A stretch of 64,000 nt of DNA from Dimorphilus gyrociliatus (taxonomy: Eukaryota; Animalia; Annelida), in NCBI GenBank assembly GCA_904063045.1, contig CAJFCJ010000003.1, positions 3,168,595 to 3,232,594 of the forward strand, given 5' to 3'. The notes beneath the pieces were generated by a model. It worked only from the letters and a program-made list of their open reading frames with translations, was not told the DNA's origin and made no database searches. Every line of letters starts with the position of its first letter. Positions within the stretch are counted from its first letter, which is position 1. This document shows positions 51,501-63,577 of the stretch, piece after piece. Position numbers and translations under genes: made by a program.

Positions 51501-53133
51501 TTATACAGTTCCAGGTATACAAATCTGTAAAATCAAATCGATTATCTCTATGAAAATTATAGCCGAAAATCCAACCCAAAAGTTAATTGTTGCAGCAAGT
51601 TTTGCTAAAAAATCTGGAAGTTCAAAAACAGGTGCGTCGAATTCAACTAAAGCTCCAAAATGAATATTTTGTTGAACTTCCAGTTCTATCAGATTCTTAT
51701 ATGGCACAATTGCTAATTTCTCTATACAACTTTTTTCAGTATCCTTCTCAATACATTTTTGAAATGTTTGCTGAACTTTCAAGTAGTTTTTAATCGCTTC
51801 TACATTGTCAGCATATTCAAGAAGATTAATAAAGTATGAACCTTTTAGATCTATACTTGAATAAGATTGTTTGAAATAATGTTCGTAGCAAGGATGACGA
51901 CAGCGTCCCCCAGTAGTAGCATTTTTAGAATCGTATTCTATAGTAGTTATATTATAAAAATTATTGATGAAATTTATAACTGCTTCTAAACCGTTTAAAG
52001 TTATATTTCGACCTAATTCCTTGCATCGAGGTAGCTTTAGGTGATCAAGTTCGGAGACAATTAATAAAGTTGTTGAGATACACCTAATACACGTATACAG
52101 TATAAAATATTATATAAATGCCAGTATTTCAAATATTGGAATCAATAAAATTAACTTACCCGTGCTTTTTCACAACTTCATTCTGCCATAATCTTAAAGA
52201 GCAATACGCAAAAGAATTCGCTTTTACTAGATTTCCAGTAAAATTATAAATGTCATTTGGAATTTCTTGACAATTCGTATATGGTTCGGGTTTACGTACT
52301 CTAAATACTGGTCTCGTTGTTACAATAGATTTAGTTCCTTTTGAAATAATAAATCCTTCATTTTGAACTCTTGGAAATTTGTTATTCTTATCGTGTACCA
52401 GTATTTTAATTCCCTCTCCTAATAGATTATAATTCTTCTTTAAATAAAAAGAATAGTCTGGGGATATTTCGTCGAGATATAATGTAAAAACCGCTTTGTC
52501 AATTACTCCATTTTCAATTTGTGGTAAATTGAATTTAATTGCATAACAATTGAACATATAAGGGTTTTGAATCAGAGTAATTGTTGAATAGTTTCTACAA
52601 GGCAAATAAGCTCCTTCGTAACCAGATATTTTCAATTTACAATTCAAGATAAATACTCCTTCTTTCTGACCTATTTTTCTGGCGTCATTTAAGCCTAACC
52701 AATCGTAATATATGCTTTTATGAATTAAAAGTCTTTTTGTTCTGCTATTAAGTGTCTTATTTCGCTTTTCAAGCTCCTTTATTTTTGATAATAATTTAGT
52801 ATGAAACTGTTCATAAGATGGAATTTCTCCTGTTGGATCCTTTGAAAATGGCACAAGTGAGCACAATGTAAGACCAGGAAAATTTTCATTCGATAGAATA
52901 GCTTCATAATTTTCTTGAACAATAGTAAAAACTGTTCTTTTTAAGTATCCGCTAAAGAGATAATACCAATGGCATCCAGCAGCCAAAATAACCATAATCG
53001 TTCCAACAGCCCATAAGCTTTTAATACATTTATTTTTAGTTTTCATAACTCTTGGAATTCCTTTTAGTGTTGACATACTTAAAGATTCTTTAATTTTAGC
53101 TTTAATGAGACTTTTCTGATTCTTTTCCGTCAT
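51501..53133 (-). CDS. Divergent DEG/ENaC subunit 4, 2 exons, 518 aa
   Basis: complement(join(52160..53133,51501..52083)) = 1557 nt; 76-nt phase-2 intron in KKHG^CIST. I translated exon 2 by hand and it is open from 52083 to the stop at 51501. STLKGIPR, FPGLTLC, TM2 FLAKLAATINFWVGFSAIIFIEIID. Confidence 0.9.
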
Positions 53134-53928
53134 TTTCTTTTGCCGTTTCTAACTGAATTTCAAAGATGAAAATATTATTTATAAAGATGAAATAGTTATG
53201 AAAAACTCAAGACAAAATGCCAACTGTCATGTTCACTAATTATTAATTCCATTCTCTATGACATTAAACCGGTCAGTGTTAAACTAATCAATATGTATTC
53301 AACATATTGTTGTTCGTTCGTTTACTAGTTGGAACAGGTGGTGTCCTATCCTTAGATTCGCCAATTAAGTCTGTTTAATAAATATCGCGTCCACATTAGA
53401 CATCTGAAGACTACAGTATAATTAAAGTAGTGTAAAGTAATGAAAATATTAAAGTGATCATTTCAAAGTAGTCTGCTTAAGAAAGGAACCGCCTGACGTT
53501 CATTAATTAATAAAGTTCTATTGAAATGCCTGTACAATGTTATGAAATAAGATATGAAATATACAGTATTACGAGAGACCAAGAGGTGCCATAAACATAG
53601 AAATAGAATTCAAAAGTTATAATATAAAATAGAAAAAAATACAAAAAAACTGAACATCGTTATCTTTTTCCATTTTAGGACATTAACCTTATTTTGTTTT
53701 ATTTATGAATGAGAAATAGATCTATATTTAGGATAATATTTTTTACGGAAAAAACACATTTGAACGTATAAAGTGTATAAATGATAAATTTTCATAGTTT
53801 ATGTTTTATTATTGTATTATTTTAGACATAAAAGAACGCTGTTTATGGCAATTTAATTATATAATACATATATTTTTTATGTTTAAATAAAATAAAAAAG
53901 CCAGACAAGAAATATTTTTGGTATTTCT

Positions 53929-55017
53929 TTAAAATTTTGTTGCAACTGATTGTGAACTTTCGTAAGATTCATACTTTGGTTTTCTACGACATCCGCATAT
54001 TTTAACAATTTCTTTCTTAAATGGTTCGTAGCTGAATGAATATATAAATGGGTTTATGATAGCGTTTGTATAGATAGCTATTACGGTAAAATGATACCAA
54101 GGTGTTTGCCAGTCTAGTTCAATAAGGTTTATATTCCCAAGAAAAAAATACCATTGATTCCAAGAAACGCAAAGGAAAAATGCCAGAGTAACAAGTACAA
54201 ATGTCTTGAACATGTTTCTTTCGGCTTGTTCCATTTTTAAAGCTCTCTTATTATCTTCATTTCCAGTTTTACTCGAATTTTTTGCCCTTCTTATGGCTAA
54301 ATACATTCTCAAGTATAGATAAATCAGACTTATACAAGGTAAGAAATATTGCAGAAATATTATGGCTATCATGGTTCTCTCTTGCATTTTTTGACTTGGC
54401 CATTTAGCCATCATTTTACACGTCCCAGTTTCGTCAACATAGCTAGTAGGAACTTTAAGAGGTACACTGTAGCTAAAACTGATGACCCACGGTATAATAC
54501 ACATTAATCTGGCAACTCTCGTCGTCATATGCTTTGTATGGAAAAATGGATAAACGAGAGCGAGAAATCTCTCAAAACTTAAACACACAAGACCGTAACT
54601 AGATGCGTGAATGCATCCCCACTTAATAGGTCTAGCCAACCAAAGTTTACACCAAAGACTCGATGCCAAACTATGATCCATATTCACTGTTGTATTCAAT
54701 AGATAACTCGGAGCAATTAATATTGAACTACAGAGATCGATTGTTGACTGATTTATCACTAAAACATTTGAAGGTTTCCGTCTTAAAGCTCTTGAATGTA
54801 GCATCGTAAAAACAACAATACCGTTGCCCACAACTCCTACAACACTAACAATAATATATAATATATTCATAAAACTGTCCACCTGTAAAACTGAACGTCC
54901 TTCTGAATGCTTGCTGTTTTCTGTAACATTACCAATACTTTCTGTAACGTCAAGCATCGTAATGAAAACGACAAAAGCTGTACTATGATGTAGCGTAGTT
55001 AATGAAAAATAAAGCAT
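53929..55017 (-). CDS. Class A peptide-type GPCR (galanin/allatostatin-A/somatostatin-receptor-like orphan), single exon, up to 362 aa
   Basis: Seven TM segments; GVVGNGIV, SNVLVINQSTIDL, ERF in place of DRY, ECL2 Cys, FFLCVSW, NAIINPFIY. The true start may be the second Met (MLDVTES, about 54957). Confidence 0.87.
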   Translation of the reverse strand: MLYFSLTTLHHSTAFVVFITMLDVTESIGNVTENSKHSEGRSVLQVDSFMNILYIIVSVVGVVGNGIVVFTMLHSRALRRKPSNVLVINQSTIDLCSSILIAPSYLLNTTVNMDHSLASSLWCKLWLARPIKWGCIHASSYGLVCLSFERFLALVYPFFHTKHMTTRVARLMCIIPWVISFSYSVPLKVPTSYVDETGTCKMMAKWPSQKMQERTMIAIIFLQYFLPCISLIYLYLRMYLAIRRAKNSSKTGNEDNKRALKMEQAERNMFKTFVLVTLAFFLCVSWNQWYFFLGNINLIELDWQTPWYHFTVIAIYTNAIINPFIYSFSYEPFKKEIVKICGCRRKPKYESYESSQSVATKF

Positions 55018-56605
55018 CTTATATAATCTGCAACGCTATTTATATATACTAATTACAAGAATGGCTAATATTTGAAGTATACTTTTAATGAGCTAAGATG
55101 AGAAAGCTAAAATTACTGCATTTTACAGTTTCAATTGGTCTCCACTTTGTAAGCAAAACCCAGAGCTAATGAAGGTATTAATTTTAAATAGAGAAAAGAA
55201 AGAAGATTATTAAGCGCAATCGTAAAAAGGGTTTTGTTATGAAAAAAAACGTTGTTAACATTATAACAGGGTGTTAATAACAAAAGAATCTTTCTATTCA
55301 AAAACATTTTTTTGAAGACAATTGTATCCCTCTTTAAAAAGCTCAACTTTCTACATTAGTTTGCTGAAACCTTTAAAAATGTGTGCTAAACCCATAATTG
55401 TAAAACTTTTGAGATTTCATCCTCAGGTACACTTCTTAACTTGATGAAATTTTAAAAAGAGATGTTACAATGTGCAGATATGAAAATAAAAAATATTTTG
55501 CAGTAGCTGCCTTTATAATAAAATTCCTTATGCATGACAAATTCATTAGTATAATTATCTCTTTTTCGTTGTTTTACTAGAGAAAAAGATAACATATATC
55601 TACTTTTGTTAATTTATCAAATTACATGAGATCTTTCGAATAGTCTTGATTATTTATAGTAAAGTACTCGACTTTAAATATCAACTGTATAGATCATTGA
55701 ATATTGAGTATAATAAAATGATTTAAATGTGTCTAATACATTGAGGAGTCTTTAAATCATTTAAACTTTTTACGTACATTATAAATATACCTGTTACGTC
55801 AAAATACAATGTTAAATATCTAAAGGTCTTTTAAAGGTCAAAATAGATATATAAAAATATTGAAAAATCTCTGCTAAACGCTTAATTTTTAACTTTTGAT
55901 AATAAGATATCTGATTTCAAATTATCTGTGATTTTATTAAGGTTCATAAATAAAATTATAATTTTTATATTAGATTAAAGTACTTCTTATTAAGTGTTCT
56001 CTTAATACATACATTAAGAGCATACGACGAAGAGATTTTTCGTTCTGCTTTTATTTGTAGAATTACGACTTATGTTTCATATGCTTGTTTGCGTGTGGTA
56101 GAGAGAATGTGAACAACCCTATCTCTCCCTATGAATGCTTACCTTTAGACAATTTTTTAACTAAGCCTTAAGTAAAAGACCCTTTTCTGAGCCACTATTA
56201 TTTTAACATTATTTAACACCATTCATTGCGCCAGCCTAAATACGTCATAATTAAAAACGTAAAACTATAGAAAAGATGTTCCAGAACTTAAAATCTCTTT
56301 CTTTCCAATTAATAACTACGGTATATATTCTCATAATCAACTGGAGTAGATTTCCATCGCTTCAATAAATTTGTAAAACAAGATGGAACATTTTAAAATA
56401 TCCAACATTTCTATAAACTTTAATTACTTTCTTCGTGTTTTTTTTATAACATATTTTAATTGTAAAGGTAATACATTTATAAAAAATGCTAAAAAAAATT
56501 CTTGACTAGCCAATAAAATTTGACATATGGATAGATAAATGTGATAAAGCGACAAATTCAACTTTAGTCTTCAGTAATCAATTATTGACTTGTTACCGCT
56601 GAGTA

Positions 56606-57712
56606 ATGGATAAAATTCTTGGAGTTTTCGGTTCTATACCGAACCTTAAGAATCATCACGATGATGATTCTACAGATAGACTTTTTCATAAGTATACAAC
56701 AACAATGCTGGCTGCTTTTGCAGTTGTTGTGTCAACTTCACAATTTGTTGGCGATCCTATACATTGTTGGGTACCCGCTCATTTTTCAGACGGTTGGTTG
56801 GAATATACCAATAGCTATTGCTGGATAATGAATACATACCACGTTGAGTTTGATAAAAGTCTTCCTGCAAAGCAAAAAACAGAAGTCGCTTATTACCAAT
56901 GGGTTCCAATCATATTCATGCTATCAGCTTTAATGTTTTACTTACCCGTTATAGTATGGAGAATGATGAATGTCAAATCTGGTATAGATATTAAGTCTTT
57001 GGTTCAAGAAAGCGATACTAAATTGCAAACAGAACAAATGGAGAGATATCTTATGGCGCAAGATAAAATATCTTCAGGAGAGCGTACGATTTCATGTAAT
57101 ACCTTTTTCTCGTTTGCACTGTGTTGTTGTTGTAACAAAAAGAGCAAAAACTTCTTAGTTGTTTTGTATATGGCTATTAAAATTATGTACTTTCTTGACG
57201 CCTTTGCTCAAATGTTTTTAATGAATCTTTTCATGGGATATTCTTTCAATTTATACGGATTTCAAGTTTTAAGAGAATTATCAAGCGGAAATGAGCCAGA
57301 ATCTGAGAGATTTCCAAAAGTTACCCTGTGCGATTTAAAAATAAGAAGATTAGGAAATGTTCACCCTTATACTGTTCAATGCGTCCTCTCAATCAATTTG
57401 TTTAATGAAAAAATGTTCATCTTTTTGTGGTTTTGGATTGTACTTCTCTTGGTTATGCAAGCAATTTCAATTATAAAATGGATGGTCAAATTTATTAGCA
57501 GTCCATACGACTACATCAATAAACATATCAAAGCAGAAGATGATAACGAAATACGCGAGTTTTTGCAGTATTTAGGCAGAGATGGAGTTTTTGTTCTCAG
57601 AATGATTGGAGCAAATACTAGTCCTCTAGCTTTACACGAACTTATCAAATCAATGTGGAAGACATGGCAAGAGAAATACCAGAAAATTGAAAATCAGAAG
57701 TCGGGTTATTAA
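56606..57712 (+). CDS. Innexin (invertebrate gap-junction protein), single exon, 368 aa
   Basis: DDDSTDRL N-terminus, FVGDPIHCWVP, NSYCW, signature YYQWVP, FYLP, FPKVTLCD, QCVLSIN, NEKMFIFLWFW; four TM segments and two Cys per extracellular loop. Confidence 0.95.
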   Translation: MDKILGVFGSIPNLKNHHDDDSTDRLFHKYTTTMLAAFAVVVSTSQFVGDPIHCWVPAHFSDGWLEYTNSYCWIMNTYHVEFDKSLPAKQKTEVAYYQWVPIIFMLSALMFYLPVIVWRMMNVKSGIDIKSLVQESDTKLQTEQMERYLMAQDKISSGERTISCNTFFSFALCCCCNKKSKNFLVVLYMAIKIMYFLDAFAQMFLMNLFMGYSFNLYGFQVLRELSSGNEPESERFPKVTLCDLKIRRLGNVHPYTVQCVLSINLFNEKMFIFLWFWIVLLLVMQAISIIKWMVKFISSPYDYINKHIKAEDDNEIREFLQYLGRDGVFVLRMIGANTSPLALHELIKSMWKTWQEKYQKIENQKSGY

Positions 57713-60079
57713 AAAAGTAAAAAGATTATTCTTTAAAAGAATTAAAAGAAGAAAAAAATTGATTTTATGATAGCAAAAATACAAAAAATATAAAATCGAA
57801 TGATAAGGAAAGAGTTATAAAAAGAAAGGACGAAAGTATAAACTTAATATTATTTAAAAGACCTAAGGTGACTTACTTTTATTTATACTTTCTTAGACAT
57901 TTGTTTCGACATTCAACTTTTGGAGTTTTTTGTGTTTTTCAACCATAATATCAAATAGGTTTATATAAATTAATATTTATTATTAGATAAGAATCTAATA
58001 ATAATTGTTATAAATATATAGTATATTCTTGTCAATTTTTACATATTTTCTAATTAATCGTTTCTTTTAAAGATGAATTCTGAATGGAAATAATTTAATT
58101 TCATATTTTTTCTACAAATCATCTACTGTGTATCTTAATAGATCTTTGTTTCATAAGATTGTCTTATTTTGAATAATTTATTCCCATTCGTTAATAAATG
58201 GCATATTTATTAAATTACATATTTAATATATATAATATAGAGTTTAATTAACGTTTGTGTTCACGGTATTCTATACTATACTTAAATGTAAGCATTAAAA
58301 ATCGTTTTATACTAATTATCAGCAAAAAAAAATGTGTTATTTCCCAGCGATCTTGTCATGCTCGAACAAGTTCAACAATAATCTTAATTATCTATTATAT
58401 TATTTGTAAAAGAATTTATGTCAACTTTAAGACTATAGAGATATCAACGGATTTAAAAACTATATTAAATTTATGATACTTTCGTTCTTTGATTATTGAA
58501 ATCCTGTGGTTTGGTGTTCAATAGCGTACTAAAATGAATTCTTATGCACCTATGCAATATGACTTTAGAATATACAATAGACAGACAATATGTATGTAGT
58601 GTTCTATCTTCAATTTTAAAGATATCCTTGTGGTTCATTTAAAAATTGATAATAATAGAGATCTGCAGGTCTCTTTCTACCATGAATTTTTCATCTTCTT
58701 CCCATAGTTATTTAGGTTTCTTAAAAGTAATATAGTACTATTAAATATTTGACTTAAAAAAAAGTAAACAAGATATCGGACACAAGAAATAATAATAGGC
58801 TAATTATCTTTCGATCAGAGAACGAAAGTTTCCTTAATCATAAAATTTCAGGGTCAAGTAAGAAAGATTGAAATTCTTATTATCCCTAAATGATTGATTG
58901 TATTTGGGAGAGTAGTAAGGATTAATAGTATTGCTTACCAGCCGTAGTACGGTATTTTTACAGAAAAATGAATTTATCCTTATTCCTACTATAATATCAC
59001 GAGAGAAACGGATTACGGTGCAATTTTTCAGAAACAGAAAAGAGTGGAGAAAGAGAGAGAGACTGGGAAAGGGAGAAGAAAAAGTAAAAAGAGTTATATT
59101 ATACAGTGTCTAATTAAGAAAAGATAGAGTAAAATGTAATGCGTATTTTTGTATTTCTCACACTACACGGATGAAAACTGTTTGAGAGATAGACTGCTGC
59201 CTTTAAATTACGTGCAGTTTAATACGCATTATTTTAATGACCAAAGAACAATTGTCTTGATAAACGTGAAAGTTAATAAATTCTATCTATCATTGATCAT
59301 TAGTAGTATTTAAGAGGAAGGAATATGAATAATTTTCCCTTTCTTTGATTTTTCCTCTAATATTATTTTAACAAGTTTCTAGAGTACATTACATCTATTT
59401 TGTAGTCGTACTGCATCTAGAGTGTCAAATGTTAGTTGGTATCTATAAAGGTCGGTTTGCGTGTATGAAATTTAGATTAGAAACTCTTATTAAGATGTTC
59501 ATATTATAAAAAAGTATTCAACATATACCGAAACTATCTAGTTAATATCTTATTGAGTCAGCTAATGAACATGCACGAACACGCGCTATACTGTATACTG
59601 ATAGAGATAAATCACTACAGTAAATTAAAATAAAAAAGTCATTGATGAGCATTTTGATATTTAAGACAAGATTATTTTATAGTAATAAAACAAAACTTAA
59701 TTTTATTATATTTAATATCTCTCGTAATATAACTTTTTAATTATATTTAATAAAGTACTTGTAGTTTAACATTTACGAAAATAAATATCTAAAGGTCATT
59801 GTTATCGTTTATATCTACTAAAAAGAAAATACTTTACAGTTAAAACGGAATACGATTGAACAAATCAATGAACGCACTTCTCTAAGGATAGAATAGTTTA
59901 CATACTAAGTTTATAGAAATGTCATAATTAATATATTATATATTAATGTAAAAGAAGCTTTAATAATACTCTGCTATAATATATCAACTTTCTCTCTTCC
60001 TCTTTTGCTCTTATCCCTTCCCCTAGCCCTTCAAATTAATACTGATGTTAGAGATAGACCCTTTTAAATTAGGTACTTA

Positions 60080-60326
60080 CCACTAGATGGCCATTTGGCA
60101 GGATTATTACAAGAGAATAAAATTTCAAAGAACTAGGAGAGTTTTTATCTATGATAATATACAAATTATATCTATATTATATATTGTATGTGCTATATAT
60201 GTATAATTAGTACACTCGCGTACTATATATATACCTTACAGATGTTAATAACACTTTATACATCAACTGAAACATTTAACAGGTAATGCATTGTAACATT
60301 TGTATTGCATAATAACGCCATCTATG
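60080..60326. promoter_or_regulatory. Convergent pair of CTCF-like motifs
   Basis: CCACTAGATGGCCA (60080-60093, +; near-consensus) and AACGCCATCTATG (60314-60326, motif on -). Confidence 0.5.
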
Positions 60327-63300
60327 AAAGAGAAAAGTATGAAAAGTTTATAAAATGATGAAAAGGATAGAGAATATGGAAGGATTAAAGCATTTTCCGG
60401 AAGAAACTAAAAGACACTTCAGAAAATTTTCATCTTGCGTGTCCTTACATTGTACTATTGTATTGACATCAAAAAAAACTATTTAACTTCCAAGAAAGTC
60501 TTTATATTCCTTTAAATTCTTCTAAAACATATACTTAAGTATATTTTACTAGAGTACGATAATCCTAAAATCCACTAAAGTAACTAAAGTAAATGTAACA
60601 AAAAAGGAAATAGAGAAATGAGAAGAGAAGGGAGTGAAAGAAAAGAGGATGTAGATATTGATCATAGTCATTATAGTAAAGATAAAAAAAGCTTATAATT
60701 CATGTATATTATTCACTTAAAGTTTTATTATTACAACAAATATGATTTTATCTATAACATTTCAGTTAAATTGTTTTACTTTTCGTTATCTATGTTACTC
60801 TTCAAGTAAACAGGAATAAAACCTTATAGTTTGTTATTCAAGAACAATTATTATTCCAATTTTTATATTATATTCCCTGTTTAGATTTTCTCGTCTGTAA
60901 AATTTTCCCTCTATGCAATTCAGTCTACCATAATTTATTTTTTCTCACACTCTCTCCCGTCCCCACACTTATTGATATATTCTGAAAAAAACTCTTTTGT
61001 TGTCTAAATAATTCATGTGTAATTATCTAGTTTAAGTGATGAAATACTAAATATATGTACCCTTTCTATTTGTTGCTGTCTATATGCTGTAAGCTGCATT
61101 ATATATTAAAGAAAATAAGGTATTTCCCTTTTAATTTTTCCTTTCTATACTATTTATATTAATCAGAATTGCATCTAAAATTATATTATGGTATATACTG
61201 TATTATTACATGACTTTTTAATCGAAAAAGTAGCTTTCTTTAATGTTACCTTTATAAATTTGTTGCATATAACTAGCTGTTAAATTTACTCTTTATAATC
61301 AAGTGTATAATGCTTCATAAAAAAATATACGTATATAAAAAGAGAGAGAATATCGTAACATAATATATGCTAACAAAGATTTATTTTCTCAGTTAATGAG
61401 CTTTTTTCTTTTTCTTCTTCTTCTTCTAAAGTCAGATAGAGACTTTATAGCAAATATAAAAGGATATATAAAAATAATAATAATATAAAAAAGATAGGGC
61501 ATATAATATTAATATTTTAATTTTCTGCAAGATTATTGAATGGAAGTCAGTAATTAAAGCAGAAAATCTCTTCAATCTCTTCTTTCTTCATATACACTTT
61601 TCTCTCTCTCTCTCTCTCTCTATCTCTTTATTTTTTCTTTCTCCTTATATTCATTATCATTTCCACATGTACTCTAATGAATAATGGATATAATTAAATG
61701 AGGAGTGGAAGAAATATAAAATATTCTAATCTGACCTTTATTCTAATAAATTTTTATCCAGTGTAACACTGTAAAAGCTTTCGTGCAGATTCTAATGATT
61801 TGTTTATTTACCATCTAAGCTTATAACAAACAAAATCATTCAATCAAGCTTATATTGATACTCTGACAGAGATGTACAAATTTTAGACTCCAACTATAGC
61901 ATGTAATATCATTAGATAACACAACATCGACGATTATGGAAGGAAGTCCTTTATATGGGTAAAGGTTAAATTCATTGCTTTCAGATTGGGCTGTTCCAAT
62001 AAAATCCTATAGACGACCATTCCCTTACACCCCTACGTCCCGTTTACTTCACTCTTCATCTCTTCAACTGTAAACAAAATTTCAGCTAAGCGTTGTTCTG
62101 TTCCCTACAGCAAAATGACAAAGCTCTAGTGATTTATATAGAATTAAGGAGCGGGGCGAAATACAAAGAAAGATAAGATAATGATTTAATGTTTATAGAA
62201 AATATTTGATTGGAAAATAAAAGAAAAATAGAAGAAATTGATTGATTAAAAAATTAGTAAAAAAACAAAAAGAAACAGAAATTATTCCTTACATTTGATC
62301 TAAAATCCTATAGTTTTAGTTTATCTTTCTTGATCCGGATAGAAATGTCGATTTAAGACTGTTTTTTTTTTCTTACTCATTTATTCCACGAAAATGTTAA
62401 ATAATTACATTACCTTAATCATGAAATTGTAATGATTTTAATAACAGATTTGACCTTTTCTAAATTATCGCTTCCGGACTAAATTAAAAAAATGTTATCT
62501 ATACTAAAAATATGATGTATAATAAAGGGTTAGTATGGGTGGTAAGAGAATAAGGGCTTTGGTGCACAGCAATAGAAACATAATTAACGATTGTGCGCAC
62601 TCAACCAGCTAATGGAATGACTTTGAATAAACCAAAAGTAATCGGGCAAATTTTTTATCATATTTTTTACTAAATTTAACGTATTTGTAACTTTTTTAGT
62701 ATTAAATTACGTCATAGGTTAATTTTAACTCGAAAATTGACCATTTTAAAGGCTAACAATAAAAAATCTGGTTAATTTATTTATCATGATAAAAACAATT
62801 AATTGAATGGAAAAAGTTAAAGAATAGCAAAAATCTACTAATAAAACAGGATAGTTTATTTAAAATATTCAAAACTTATATGATGTTATAAAGAGATTAA
62901 AATAAAATTGAAATTTATCACTGTTATATGACAAGAGAGAATCGTAAAACAGGAAGAGACAGTGAGAAATGGGAGGGAAAAGGGGGTGTGAAAAGAGAGA
63001 GAAAGAAGAAATAGAGAACAGATAAAAAGATATTGATAGGTGTACTTCTCTTTCTTTTTTCCTTTTCATGGATTTCTTTATTATTTTTAGCACTGTAATC
63101 ATTTCTTTAAAAATATATACCAATAAGAAAAGAGAAGTAGGAAATGCGATTTATTCATCTCTTTATTTCCCTTTTATGAAAAATATGAATTTTTTTTGGT
63201 AATTTCCTTTCAGAGATGATTTTAAAAATTCAAAGCTTCTGCTATTCCTAATTAGTTTTATTTTAAAAAGAATATATATGTATAAAGAGAAGGGAACTGA

Positions 63301-63543
63301 TGCATAAACAAAAATAGAAAGAAGGATAAGGAAAGAGAAGGAAATAAAGGAAGAAATGAAAAATTTATCATAATTTCTCTTTATTATTTAAAGATTTTCT
63401 TTTAAAGAAAAAGAAGACAAAGATAAAATTTGCTCTTTTTTATTTTTTTAATATTATAAATTTTATTATATTCACAAAATGAATATAATAGAATAAGTAT
63501 AAGTAAAAAAAATGCCTTTAGGGCGTTTAGAGAGAGATAGATT

Positions 63544-63546
<3 letters not shown>

Positions 63547-63576
<30 letters not shown>
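63547..63576. repeat. (AG)n microsatellite
   Basis: About 15 AG units within a purine-rich tract. Confidence 0.9.

Positions 63577-63577
<1 letters not shown>

Noticed and set aside
51501-53133. DEG/ENaC-4 as a truncated pseudogene (ORF track shows 325-aa and 93-aa pieces)
   Set aside because: A 76-nt GT-AG intron joins them in frame, and exon 2 is open from 52083. The track simply started at a late TTG.
41746-53133. Calling the channels FaNaC (FMRFamide-gated) because an FMRFaR-like GPCR is in the window
   Set aside because: FaNaCs keep HG and the GG..GL TM2 pattern; these subunits do not, and the GPCR is about 40 kb away. No orthology evidence.
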